Below are positions 38,701 to 54,100 of a stretch of DNA of 64,000 nucleotides, in pieces. Positions within the stretch are counted from its first letter, which is position 1. Each line of letters starts with the position of its first letter. The DNA is from the human T2T-CHM13v2.0 reference genome, Homo sapiens, in the NCBI RefSeq assembly GCF_009914755.1, contig NC_060939.1; one strand, given 5' to 3'. Position numbers and translations under genes: made by a program. Below the pieces are notes generated by a model. That model had not been told where the DNA came from, did no database searches, and saw only the letters and a program-made list of their open reading frames with translations.

Positions 38701-40600
38701 CATTGGATTCCATGCTATATCTATAAATTCAATTCGAGACCATTGCTTTTGAGTCCATTCTATATGATTCCATTCCATTCAAGTCCATTACATTTGGTTC
38801 AATTCCATTCCATTCGGTTCAATTCCATTCCATTCCATTCCCTTCCATTCCATTCCAGTTGATATCAATCCATTCGATTCCATTCCATTCGAGCACATTC
38901 CATTCGAGTCCATTCCATTCGATGCCATTCCATTTGATTCTATTCCATTAGTCTCCATTCAATTCCATTAATCTCCATTCCATTCCATTCTACTCCAACT
39001 GATTCCATTCCATTCTATTCCTTTCCATTCCATTTCATTCCATTCCATTCCATTCCATTCCATTCCATTCCATTCGTGTCCATTCCACTCCAGTCCATTC
39101 CATTCGTATCCATTCCATTCCAGTCCATTCCATTTGTGTCCACTGCATTCCATTCCACTCCATTCCATATTATTCCATTACACTCCAATCCATTCTATTA
39201 CATTCATTTCCATTCAATTCCATTCCATTTGATTCCATTCCACTCGGTTTCATTCCATTTGAGTCCACTCCATTCCATTCCATTCCATTCAGTTCCATTC
39301 CATTCTGTTCCATTCCATTCCGTTCCATTACATTCCATTCCATTCGGTACCATTCCATATTGTTCCATTCGATTCCATTCGAATCCATTGCATTCCAGTC
39401 CATTCCATTCGATTCCATTCCATTCATTTCAATTCCATTCCATTCCATTCCATTACATTCCACTTGATTCCTCTCCATTCCCTTCCACTGCATTCCGTTC
39501 GATTCCATTCCATTGCATTGCATTCCATTCCATTGGATTGCATTCCATTCGATTCCATTCCATTCGAATCAATTACATAGCAATCCATTACATTCGAGTC
39601 TATTCTCTTCCGTTCCATTCGGTTTCGTTCCAATCCATTCGATTCCATTCCATTCGATTCCATTCCATACTATTGCATTCCATTCGATTACATTATATTC
39701 GAATAAGTTCCATTCAAGACCATTTCTTTTGAGTCCATTCTATTTGAGTCCATTCCCTTTGATTCCATAACATTTGAGTCCATTCAATTCCATTCCTTTC
39801 GTTTCCATTCCATTTGATGCCATTCCATTCAATTCTGTTCTACTCGACTCCAATACATTCAATTCCATTCCATCCGATTCCATTACATTCTTTTCATTTC
39901 TTATCCATTTCAAGCCATTCCACTCCATTCCGTTCCACTCGTTTCCTTTCCATTCGAGTCCATTCCTCTCCAGTCCATTCCGTTCAATCCATTCCATTCC
40001 AGTCCATTCCATTCGAGTCCGTTCCATTCCAGTCCATTCCATTCGAGTCAATTCCATTCCATTCGATGTCTTTCCATAACGATCCATTCCATTCTATTCC
40101 TTTCGATTCCATTCCATTCTATTTCATTCCATTCGATTCCCTTCCATTGGACTCCTTTCCATTCGAGTGCATTCCATTCCGTTCCATTTCTTTTCGTTCT
40201 GTACGATTCCTACCGTTCGATTTCATTTTGTTCCAGTCCATTCCTTTCGCGTCCATTCCATTCCATTTCACTCCATTCGATTCCATTCCACTCGATTCCA
40301 CTTCGTTCCATTTCATTGCATTCCATTCTATTCAACTCTATTGCCTTCCATTCCATTCCATTCGATTACATTCCATGCGATTCCATTCGAAATCGAATCA
40401 ATTACATTGCAATCCATTACTATTGAGTCCGTTTTATTCCAGTCCACTGCATTCTGGTCCATTCCATTTGATTCCATTCCATTCTATTCCATTCCATACA
40501 GTTGCATTCCATTGGATTCCATGCTATATCTATAAATTCAATTCGAGACCATTGCTTTTGAGTCCATTCTATATGATTCCATTCCATTCAAGTCCATTAC
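20730..40600 (+). repeat. Local higher-order expansion with 4-unit (7212 bp), 3-unit (5408 bp) and combined 7-unit (12620 bp) periodicity
   Basis: A rare unit type (AATATT site plus a 1-bp deletion) starts at 21756, 28968 and 34376. The starts of U13-U16 and U20-U23 differ by exactly 12620 bp at all four anchors. Confidence 0.88.
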
Positions 40601-43600
40601 ATTTGGTTAAATTCCATTCCATTCGGTTCAATTCCATTCCATTCCATTCCCTTCCATTCCATTCCAGTTGATATCAATCCATTCGATTCCATTCCATTCG
40701 AGCACATTCCATTCGAGTCCATTCCATTCGATGCCATTCCATTTGATTCTATTCCATTAGTCTCCATTCAATTCCATTAATCTCCATTCCATTCCATTCT
40801 ACTCCAACTGATTCCATTCCATTCTATTCCTTTCCATTCCATTTCATTCCATTCCATTCCATTCCATTCCATTCCATTCCATTCCATTCGTGTCCATTCC
40901 ACTCCAGTCCATTCCATTCGTATCCATTCCATTCCAGTCCATTCCATTTGTGTCCACTGCATTCCATTCCACTCCATTCCATATTATTCCATTACACTCC
41001 ATTCCATTCTATTACTTTCATTTCCATTCAATTCCATTCCATTTGATTCCATTCCACTCGGTTTCATTCCATTTGAGTCCACTCCATTCCATTCCATTCC
41101 ATTCAGTTCCATTCCATTCTGTTCCATTCCATTCCGTTCCATTACATTCCATTCCATTCGGTACCATTCCATATTGTTCCATTCGATTCCATTCGAATCC
41201 ATTCCATTCCAGTCCATTCCATTCGATTCCATTCCATTCATTTCAATTCCATTCCATTACATTCCACTTGATTCCTCTCCATTCCCTTCCACTGCATTCC
41301 GTTCGATTCCATTCCATTGCATTGCATTGCATTCCATTGGATTGCATTCCATTCGATTCCATTCCATTCGAATCAATTACATAGCAATCCATTACATTCG
41401 AGTCTATTCTCTTCCGTTCCATTCGATTTCGTTCCAATCCATTCGATTCCATTCCATTCGATTCCATTCCATACTATTGCATTCCATTCGATTACATTAT
41501 ATTCGAATAAGTTCCATTCAAGACCATTTCTTTTGAGTCCATTCTATTTGAGTCCATTCCCTTTGATTCCATAACATTTGAGTCCATTCAATTCCATTCC
41601 TTTCGTTTCCATTCCATTTGATGCCATTCCATTCAATTCTGTTCTACTCGACTCCAATACATTCAATTCCATTCCATCCGATTCCATTACATTCTTTTCA
41701 TTTCTTATCCATTTCAAGCCATTCCATTCCATTCCATTCCACTCGTTTCCTTTCCATTCGAGTCCATTCCTCTCCAGTCCATTCCGTTCAATCCATTCCA
41801 TTCCAGTCCATTCCATTCGAGTCCGTTCCATTCCAGTCCATTCCATTCGAGTCAATTCCATTCCATTCGATGTCTTTCCATAACGATCCATTCCATTCTA
41901 TTCCTTTCGATTCCATTCCATTCTATTTCATTCCATTCGATTCCCTTCCATTGGACTCCTTTCCATTCGAGTGCATTCCATTCCGTTCCATTTCTTTCCG
42001 TTCTGTACGATTCCTACCGTTCGATTTCATTTTGTTCCAGTCCATTCTTTCGCGTCCATTCCATTCCATTTCACTCCATTCGATTCCATTCCACTCGATT
42101 CCACTTCGTTCCATTTCATTGCATTCCATTCTATTCAACTCTATTGCCTTCCATTCCATTCCATTCGATTACATTCCATGCGATTCCATTCGAAATCGAA
42201 TCAATTACATTGCAATCCATTACTATTGAGTCCGTTTTATTCCAGTCCACTGCATTCTGGTCCATTCCATTTGATTCCATTCCATTCTATTCCATTCCAT
42301 ACAGTTGCATTCCATTGGATTCCATGCTATATCTATAAATTCAATTCGAGACCATTGCTTTTGAGTCCATTCTATATGATTCCATTCCATTCAAGTCCAT
42401 TACATTTGGTTAAATTCCATTCCATTCGGTTCAATTCCATTCCATTCCATTCCCTTGCATTCCATTCCAGTTGATATCAATACATTCGATTCCATTCCAT
42501 TCGAGCACATTCCATTCGATGCCATTCCATTTGATTCTATTCCATTAGTCTCCATTCAATTCCATTAATCTCCATTCCATTCCATTCTACTCCAACTGAT
42601 TCCATTCCATTCTATTCCATTCCATTCCATTTCATTCCATTCCATTCCATTTCATTCCATTCCATTCCATTCGTGTCCATTCCACTGCAGTCCATTCCAT
42701 TCGTGTCCATTCCATTCCAGTCCATTCGATTTGTGTCCACTGCATTCAATTCCACTCCATTCCATATTATTCCATTACACTCCATTCCATTCTATTACTT
42801 TCATTTCCATTCAATTCCATTCCATTTGATTCCATTCCACTCGGTTTCATTCCATTTGAGTCCACTCCATTCCATTCCATTCCATTCCATTCAGTTCCAT
42901 TCCATTCTGTTCCATTCCATTCCGTTCCATTACATTCCATTCCATTCGGTACCATTCCATATTGTTCCATTCGATTCCATTCGAATCCATTCCATTCCAG
43001 TCCATTCCATTCGATTCCATTCCATTCATTTCAATTCCATTCCATTCCATTCCATTACATTCCACTTGATTCCTCTCCATTCCCTTCCACTGCATTCCGT
43101 TCGATTCCATTCCATTGCATTGCATTCCATTCCATTGGATTGCATTCCATTCGATTCCATTCCATTCGAATCAATTACATAGCAATCCATTACATTCGAG
43201 TCTATTCTCTTCCGTTCCATTCGATTTCGTTCCAATCCATTCGATTCCATTCCATTCGATTCCATTCCATACTATTGCATTCCATTCGATTACATTATAT
43301 TCGAATAAGTTCCATTCAAGACCATTTCTTTTGAGTCCATTCTATTTGAGTCCATTCCCTTTGATTCCATAACATTTGAGTCCATTCAATTCCATTCCTT
43401 TCGTTTCCATTCCATTTGATGCCATTCCATTCAATTCTGTTCTACTCGACTCCAATACATTCAATTCCATTCCATCCGATTCCATTACATTCTTTTCATT
43501 TCTTATCCATTTCAAGCCATTCCACTCCATTCCATTCCACTCGTTTCCTTTCCATTCGAGTCCATTCCTCTCCAGTCCATTCCGTTCAATCCATTCCATT

Positions 43601-45153
43601 CCAGTCCATTCCATTCGAGTCCGTTCCATTCCAGTCCATTCCATTCGAGTCAATTCCATTCCATTCGATGTCTTTCCATAACGATCCATTCCATTCTATT
43701 CCTTTCGATTCCATTCCATTCTATTTCATTCCATTCGATTCCCTTCCATTGGACTCCTTTCCATTCGAGTGCATTCCATTCCGTTCCATTTCTTTCCGTT
43801 CTGTACGATTCCTACCGTTCGATTTCATTTTGTTCCAGTCCATTCTTTCGCGTCCATTCCATTCCATTTCACTCCATTCGATTCCATTCCACTCGATTCC
43901 ACTTCGTTCCATTTCATTGCATTCCATTCTATTCAACTCTATTGCCTTCCATTCCATTCCATTCGATTACATTCCATGCGATTCCATTCGAAATCGAATC
44001 AATTACATTGCAATCCATTACTATTGAGTCCGTTTTATTCCAGTCCACTGCATTCTGGTCCATTCCATTTGATTCCATTCCATTCTATTCCATTCCATAC
44101 AGTTGCATTCCATTGGATTCCATGCTATATCTATAAATTCAATTCGAGACCATTGCTTTTGAGTCCATTCTATATGATTCCATTCCATTCAAGTCCATTA
44201 CATTTGGTTAAATTCCATTCCATTCGGTTCAATTCCATTCCATTCCATTCCCTTCCATTCCATTCCAGTTGATATCAATCCATTCGATTCCATTCCATTC
44301 GAGCACATTCCATTCGAGTCCATTCCATTCGATGCCATTCCATTTGATTCTATTCCATTAGTCTCCATTCAATTCCATTAATCTCCATTCCATTCCATTC
44401 TACTCCAACTGATTCCATTCCATTCTATTCCTTTCCATTCCATTTCATTCCATTCCATTCCATTCCATTCGTGTCCATTCCACTCCAGTCCATTCCATTC
44501 GTATCCATTCCATTCCAGTCCATTCCATTTGTGTCCACTGCATTCCATTCCACTCCATTCCATATTATTCCATTACACTCCATTCCATTCTATTACTTTC
44601 ATTTCCATTCAATTCCATTCCATTTGATTCCATTCCACTCGGTTTCATTCCATTTGAGTCCACTCCATTCCATTCCATTCCATTCAGTTCCATTCCATTC
44701 CGTTCCATTACATTCCATTCCATTCGGTACCATTCCATATTGTTCCATTCGATTCCATTCGAATCCATTCCATTCCAGTCCATTCCATTCGATTCCATTC
44801 CATTCATTTCAATTCCATTCCATTCCATTCCATTACATTCCACTTGATTCCTCTCCATTCCCTTCCACTGCATTCCGTTCGATTCCATTCCATTGCATTG
44901 CATTCCATTCCATTGGATTGCATTCCATTCGATTCCATTCCATTCGAATCAATTACGTAGCAATCCATTACATTCGACTCTATTCTATTCCGTTCCATTC
45001 GATTTCGTTCCAATCCATTCGATTCCATTCCATTCGATTCCATTCCATACTATTGCATTCCATTCGATTACATTATATTCGAATATGTTCCATTCAAGAC
45101 CATTTCTTTTGAGTCCATTCTATTTGAGTCCATTCCCTTTGATTCCATAACAT

Positions 45154-48100
45154 TTGAGTCCATTCAATTCCATTCCTTTCGTTTCCATTCCATTTGATGC
45201 CATTCCATTCAATTCTGTTCTACTCGACTCCAATACATTCAATTCCATTCCATCCGATTCCATTACATTCTTTTCATTTCTTATCCATTTCAAGCCATTC
45301 CACTCCATTCCATTCCACTCGTTTCCTTTCCATTCGAGTCCATTCCTCTCCAGTCCATTCCGTTCAATCCATTCCATTCCAGTCCATTCCATTCGAGTCC
45401 GTTCCATTCCAGTCCATTCCATTCGAGTCAATTCCATTCCATTCGATGTCTTTCCATAACGATCCATTCCATTCTATTCCTTTCGATTCCATTCCATTCT
45501 ATTTCATTCCATTCGATTCCCTTCCATTGGACTCCTTTCCATTCGAGTGCATTCCATTCCGTTCCATTTCTTTCCGTTCTGTACGATTCCTACCGTTCGA
45601 TTTCATTTTGTTCCAGTCCATTCTTTCGCGTCCATTCCATTCCATTTCACTCCATTCGATTCCATTCCACTCGATTCCACTTCGTTCCATTTCATTGCAT
45701 TCCATTCTATTCAACTCTATTGCCTTCCATTCCATTCCATTCGATTACATTCCATGCGATTCCATTCGAAATCGAATCAATTACATTGCAATCCATTACT
45801 ATTGAGTCCGTTTTATTCCAGTCCACTGCATTCTGGTCCATTCCATTTGATTCCATTCCATTCTATTCCATTCCATACAGTTGCATTCCATTGGATTCCA
45901 TGCTATATCTATAAATTCAATTCGAGACCATTGCTTTTGAGTCCATTCTATATGATTCCATTCCATTCAAGTCCATTACATTTGGTTAAATTCCATTCCA
46001 TTCGGTTCAATTCCATTCCATTCCATTCCCTTCCATTCCATTCCAGTTGATATCAATCCATTCGATTCCATTCCATTCGAGCACATTCCATTCGAGTCCA
46101 TTCCATTCGATGCCATTCCATTTGATTCTATTCCATTAGTCTCCATTCAATTCCATTAATCTCCATTCCATTCCATTCTACTCCAACTGATTCCATTCCA
46201 TTCTATTCCTTTCCATTCCATTTCATTCCATTCCATTCCATTCCATTCCATTCCATTCCATTCGTGTCCATTCCACTCCAGTCCATTCCATTCGTATCCA
46301 TTCCATTCCAGTCCATTCCATTTGTGTCCACTGCATTCCATTCCACTCCATTCCATATTATTCCATTACACTCCAATCCATTCTATTACATTCATTTCCA
46401 TTCAATTCCATTCCATTTGATTCCATTCCACTCGGTTTCATTCCATTTGAGTCCACTCCATTCCATTCCATTCCATTCAGTTCCATTCCATTCTGTTCCA
46501 TTCCTTTCCGTTCCATTACATTCCATTCCATTCGGTACCATTCCATATTGTTCCATTCGATTCCATTCGAATCCATTGCATTCCAGTCCATTCCATTCGA
46601 TTCCATTCCATTCATTTCAATTCCATTCCATTCCATTCCATTACATTCCACTTGATTCCTCTCCATTCCCTTCCACTGCATTCCGTTCGATTCCATTCCA
46701 TTGCATTGCATTGCATTCCATTGGATTGCATTCCATTCGATTCCATTCCATTCGAATCAATTACATAGCAATCCATTACATTCGAGTCTATTCTCTTCCG
46801 TTCCATTCGATTTCGTTCCAATCCATTCGATTCCATTCCATTCGATTCCATTCCATACTATTGCATTCCATTCGATTACATTATATTCGAATAAGTTCCA
46901 TTCAAGACCATTTCTTTTGAGTCCATTCTATTTGAGTCCATTCCCTTTGATTCCATAACATTTGAGTCCATTCAATTCCATTCCTTTCGTTTCCATTCCA
47001 TTTGATGCCATTCCATTCAATTCTGTTCTACTCGACTCCAATACATTCAATTCCATTCCATCCGATTCCATTACATTCTTTTCATTTCTTATCCATTTCA
47101 AGCCATTCCACTCCATTCCATTCCACTCGTTTCCTTTCCATTCGAGTCCATTCCTCTCCAGTCCATTCCGTTCAATCCATTCCATTCCAGTCCATTCCAT
47201 TCGAGTCCGTTCCATTCCAGTCCATTCCATTCGAGTCAATTCCATTCCATTCGATGTCTTTCCATAACGATCCATTCCATTCTATTCCTTTCGATTCCAT
47301 TCCATTCTATTTCATTCCATTCGATTCCCTTCCATTGGACTCCTTTCCATTCGAGTGCATTCCATTCCGTTCCATTTCTTTCCGTTCTGTACGATTCCTA
47401 CCGTTCGATTTCATTTTGTTCCAGTCCATTCCTTTCGCGTCCATTCCATTCCATTTCACTCCATTCGATTCCATTCCACTCGATTCCACTTCGTTCCATT
47501 TCATTGCATTCCATTCTATTCAACTCTATTGCCTTCCATTCCATTCCATTCGATTACATTCCATGCGATTCCATTCGAAATCGAATCAATTACATTGCAA
47601 TCCATTACTATTGAGTCCGTTTTATTCCAGTCCACTGCATTCTGGTCCATTCCATTTGATTCCATTCCATTCTATTCCATTCCATACAGTTGCATTCCAT
47701 TGGATTCCATGCTATATCTATAAATTCAATTCGAGACCATTGCTTTTGAGTCCATTCTATATGATTCCATTCCATTCAAGTCCATTACATTTGGTTAAAT
47801 TCCATTCCATTCGGTTCAATTCCATTCCATTCCATTCCCTTCCATTCCATTCCAGTTGATATCAATCCATTCGATTCCATTCCATTCGAGCACATTCCAT
47901 TCGAGTCCATTCCATTCGATGCCATTCCATTTGATTCTATTCCATTAGTCTCCATTCAATTCCATTAATCTCCATTCCATTCCATTCTACTCCAACTGAT
48001 TCCATTCCATTCTATTCCTTTCCATTCCATTTCATTCCATTCCATTCCATTCCATTCCATTCCATTCCATTCGTGTCCATTCCACTCCAGTCCATTCCAT

Positions 48101-51100
48101 TCGTATCCATTCCATTCCAGTCCATTCCATTTGTGTCCACTGCATTCCATTCCACTCCATTCCATATTATTCCATTACACTCCATTCCATTCTATTACTT
48201 TCATTTCCATTCAATTCCATTCCATTTGATTCCATTCCACTCGGTTTCATTCCATTTGAGTCCACTCCATTCCATTCCATTCCATTCAGTTCCATTCCAT
48301 TCTGTTCCATTCCATTCCGTTCCATTACATTCCATTCCATTCGGTACCATTCCATATTGTTCCATTCGATTCCATTCGAATCCATTCCATTCCAGTCCAT
48401 TCCATTCGATTCCATTCCATTCATTTCAATTCCATTCCATTACATTCCACTTGATTCCTCTCCATTCCCTTCCACTGCATTCCGTTCGATTCCATTCCAT
48501 TGCATTGCATTCCATTCCATTGGATTGCATTCCTTTCGATTCCATTCCATTCGAATCAATTACATAGCAATCCATTACATTCGAGTCTATTCTCTTCCGT
48601 TCCATTCGATTTCGTTCCAATCCATTCGATTCCATTCCATTCGATTCCATTCCATACTATTGCATTCCATTCTATTACATTATATTCGAATAAGTTCCAT
48701 TCAAGACCATTTCTTTTGAGTCCATTCTATTTGAGTCCATTCCCTTTGATTCCATAACATTTGAGTCCATTCAATTCCATTCCTTTCGTTTCCATTCCAT
48801 TTGATGCCATTCCATTCAATTCTGTTCTACTCGACTCCAATACATTCAATTCCATTCCATCCGATTCCATTACATTCTTTTCATTTCTTATCCATTTCAA
48901 GCCATTCCACTCCATTCCATTCCACTCGTTTCCTTTCCATTCGAGTCCATTCCTCTCCAGTCCATTCCGTTCAATCCATTCCATTCCAGTCCATTCCATT
49001 CGAGTCCGTTCCATTCCAGTCCATTCCATTCGAGTCAATTCCATTCCATTCGATGTCTTTCCATAACGATCCATTCCATTCTATTCCTTTCGATTCCATT
49101 CCATTCTATTTCATTCCATTCGATTCCCTTCCATTGGACTCCTTTCCATTCGAGTGCATTCCATTCCGTTCCATTTCTTTCCGTTCTGTACGATTCCTAC
49201 CGTTCGATTTCATTTTGTTCCAGTCCATTCCTTTCGCGTCCATTCCATTCCATTTCACTCCATTCGATTCCATTCCACTCGATTCCACTTCGTTCCATTT
49301 CATTGCATTCCATTCTATTCAACTCTATTGCCTTCCATTCCATTCCATTCGATTACATTCCATGCGATTCCATTCGAAATCGAATCAATTACATTGCAAT
49401 CCATTACTATTGAGTCCGTTTTATTCCAGTCCACTGCATTCTGGTCCATTCCATTTGATTCCATTCCATTCTATTCCATTCCATACAGTTGCATTCCATT
49501 GGATTCCATGCTATATCTATAAATTCAATTCGAGACCATTGCTTTTGAGTCCATTCTATATGATTCCATTCCATTCAAGTCCATTACATTTGGTTAAATT
49601 CCATTCCATTCGGTTCAATTCCATTCCATTCCATTCCCTTCCATTCCATTCCAGTTGATATCAATCCATTCGATTCCATTCCATTCGAGCACATTCCATT
49701 CGAGTCCATTCCATTCGATGCCATTCCATTTGATTCTATTCCATTAGTCTCCATTCAATTCCATTAATCTCCATTCCATTCCATTCTACTCCAACTGATT
49801 CCATTCCATTCTATTCCTTTCCATTCCATTTCATTCCATTCCATTCCATTCCATTCGTGTCCATTCCACTCCAGTCCATTCCATTCGTATCCATTCCATT
49901 CCAGTCCATTCCATTTGTGTCCACTGCATTCCATTCCACTCCATTCCATATTATTCCATTACACTCCATTCCATTCTATTACTTTCATTTCCATTCAATT
50001 CCATTCCATTTGATTCCATTCCACTCGGTTTCATTCCATTTGAGTCCACTCCATTCCATTCCATTCCATTCAGTTCCATTCCATTCCGTTCCATTACATT
50101 CCATTCCATTCGGTACCATTCCATATTGTTCCATTCGATTCCATTCGAATCCATTCCATTCCAGTCCATTCCATTCGATTCCATTCCATTCATTTCAATT
50201 CCATTCCATTCCATTCCATTACATTCCACTTGATTCCTCTCCATTCCCTTCCACTGCATTCCGTTCGATTCCATTCCATTGCATTGCATTCCATTCCATT
50301 GGATTGCATTCCATTCGATTCCATTCCATTCGAATCAATTACGTAGCAATCCATTACATTCGAGTCTATTCTCTTCCGTTCCATTCGATTTCGTTCCAAT
50401 CCATTCGATTCCATTCCATTCGATTCCATTCCATACTATTGCATTCCATTCGATTACATTATATTCGAATAAGTTCCATTCAAGACCATTTCTTTTGAGT
50501 CCATTCTATTTGAGTCCATTCCCTTTGATTCCATAACATTTGAGTCCATTCAATTCCATTCCTTTCGTTTCCATTCCATTTGATGCCATTCCATTCAATT
50601 CTGTTCTACTCGACTCCAATACATTCAATTCCATTCCATCCGATTCCATTACATTCTTTTCATTTCTTATCCATTTCAAGCCATTCCACTCCATTCCATT
50701 CCACTCGTTTCCTTTCCATTCGAGTCCATTCCTCTCCAGTCCATTCCGTTCAATCCATTCCATTCCAGTCCATTCCATTCGAGTCCGTTCCATTCCAGTC
50801 CATTCCATTCGAGTCAATTCCATTCCATTCGATGTCTTTCCATAACGATCCATTCCATTCTATTCCTTTCGATTCCATTCCATTCTATTTCATTCCATTC
50901 GATTCCCTTCCATTGGACTCCTTTCCATTCGAGTGCATTCCATTCCGTTCCATTTCTTTCCGTTCTGTACGATTCCTACCGTTCGATTTCATTTTGTTCC
51001 AGTCCATTCTTTCGCGTCCATTCCATTCCATTTCACTCCATTCGATTCCATTACACTCGATTCCACTTCGTTCCATTTCATTGCATTCCATTCTATTCAA

Positions 51101-54100
51101 CTCTATTGCCTTCCATTCCATTCCATTCGATTACATTCCATGCGATTCCATTCGAAATCGAATCAATTACATTGCAATCCATTACTATTGAGTCCGTTTT
51201 ATTCCAGTCCACTGCATTCTGGTCCATTCCATTTGATTCCATTCCATTCTATTCCATTCCATAGAGTTGCATTCCATTGGATTCCATGCTATATCTATAA
51301 ATTCAATTCGAGACCATTGCTTTTGAGTCCATTCTATATGATTCCATTCCATTCAAGTCCATTACATTTGGTTAAATTCCATTCCATTCGGTTCAATTCC
51401 ATTCCATTCCATTCCCTTCCATTCCATTCCAGTTGATATCAATCCATTCGATTCCATTCCATTCGAGCACATTCCATTCGAGTCCATTCCATTCGATGCC
51501 ATTCCATTTGATTCTATTCCATTAGTCTCCATTCAATTCCATTAATCTCCATTCCATTCCATTCTACTCCAACTGATTCCATTCCATTCTATTCCTTTCC
51601 ATTCCATTTCATTCCATTCCATTCCATTCCATTCCATTCCATTCCATTCGTGTCCATTCCACTCCAGTCCATTCCATTCGTATCCATTCCATTCCAGTCC
51701 ATTCCATTTGTGTCCACTGCATTCCATTCCACTCCATTCCATATTATTCCATTACACTCCAATCCATTCTATTACATTCATTTCCATTCAATTCCATTCC
51801 ATTTGATTCCATTCCACTCGGTTTCATTCCATTTGAGTCCACTCCATTCCATTCCATTCCATTCAGTTCCATTCCATTCTGTTCCATTCCATTCCGTTCC
51901 ATTACATTCCATTCCATTCGGTACCATTCCATATTGTTCCATTCGATTCCATTCGAATCCATTGCATTCCAGTCCATTCCATTCGATTCCATTCCATTCA
52001 TTTCAATTCCATTCCATTCCATTCCATTACATTCCACTTGATTCCTCTCCATTCCCTTCCACTGCATTCCGTTCGATTCCATTCCATTGCATTGCATTCC
52101 ATTCCATTGGATTGCATTCCATTCGATTCCATTCCATTCGAATCAATTACATAGCAATCCATTACATTCGAGTCTATTCTCTTCCGTTCCATTCGATTTC
52201 GTTCCAATCCATTCGATTCCATTCCATTCGATTCCATTCCATACTATTGCATTCCATTCGATTACATTATATTCGAATAAGTTCCATTCAAGACCATTTC
52301 TTTTGAGTCCATTCTATTTGAGTCCATTCCCTTTGATTCCATAACATTTGAGTCCATTCAATTCCATTCCTTTCGTTTCCATTCCATTTGATGCCATTCC
52401 ATTCAATTCTGTTCTACTCGACTCCAATACATTCAATTCCATTCCATCCGATTCCATTACATTCTTTTCATTTCTTATCCATTTCAAGCCATTCCACTCC
52501 ATTCCATTCCACTCGTTTCCTTTCCATTCGAGTCCATTCCTCTCCAGTCCATTCCGTTCAATCCATTCCATTCCAGTCCATTCCATTCGAGTCCGTTCCA
52601 TTCCAGTCCATTCCATTCGAGTCAATTCCATTCCATTCGATGTCTTTCCATAACGATCCATTCCATTCTATTCCTTTCGATTCCATTCCATTCTATTTCA
52701 TTCCATTCGATTCCCTTCCATTGGACTCCTTTCCATTCGAGTGCATTCCATTCCGTTCCATTTCTTTTCGTTCTGTACGATTCCTACCGTTCGATTTCAT
52801 TTTGTTCCAGTCCATTCCTTTCGCGTCCATTCCATTCCATTTCACTCCATTCGATTCCATTCCACTCGATTCCACTTCGTTCCATTTCATTGCATTCCAT
52901 TCTATTCAACTCTATTGCCTTCCATTCCATTCCATTCGATTACATTCCATGCGATTCCATTCGAAATCGAATCAATTACATTGCAATCCATTACTATTGA
53001 GTCCGTTTTATTCCAGTCCACTGCATTCTGGTCCATTCCATTTGATTCCATTCCATTCTATTCCATTCCATACAGTTGCATTCCATTGGATTCCATGCTA
53101 TATCTATAAATTCAATTCGAGACCATTGCTTTTGAGTCCATTCTATATGATTCCATTCCATTCAAGTCCATTACATTTGGTTAAATTCCATTCCATTCGG
53201 TTCAATTCCATTCCATTCCATTCCCTTCCATTCCATTCCAGTTGATATCAATCCATTCGATTCCATTCCATTCGAGCACATTCCATTCGAGTCCATTCCA
53301 TTCGATGCCATTCCATTTGATTCTATTCCATTAGTCTCCATTCAATTCCATTAATCTCCATTCCATTCCATTCTACTCCAACTGATTCCATTCCATTCTA
53401 TTCCTTTCCATTCCATTTCATTCCATTCCATTCCATTCCATTCCATTCGTGTCCATTCCACTCCAGTCCATTCCATTCGTATCCATTCCATTCCAGTCCA
53501 TTCCATTTGTGTCCACTGCATTCCATTCCACTCCATTCCATATTATTCCATTACACTCCATTCCATTCTATTACTTTCATTTCCATTCAATTCCATTCCA
53601 TTTGATTCCATTCCACTCGGTTTCATTCCATTTGAGTCCACTCCATTCCATTCCATTCCATTCAGTTCCATTCCATTCTGTTCCATTCCATTCCGTTCCA
53701 TTACATTCCATTCCATTCGGTACCATTCCATATTGTTCCATTCGATTCCATTCGAATCCATTCCATTCCAGTCCATTCCATTCGATTCCATTCCATTCAT
53801 TTCAATTCCATTCCATTACATTCCACTTGATTCCTCTCCATTCCCTTCCACTGCATTCCGTTCGATTCCATTCCATTGCATTGCATTGCATTCCATTGGA
53901 TTGCATTCCATTCGATTCCATTCCATTCGAATCAATTACATAGCAATCCATTACATTCGAGTCTATTCTCTTCCGTTCCATTCGATTTCGTTCCAATCCA
54001 TTCGATTCCATTCCATTCGATTCCATTCCATACTATTGCATTCCATTCGATTACATTATATTCGAATAAGTTCCATTCAAGACCATTTCTTTTGAGTCCA

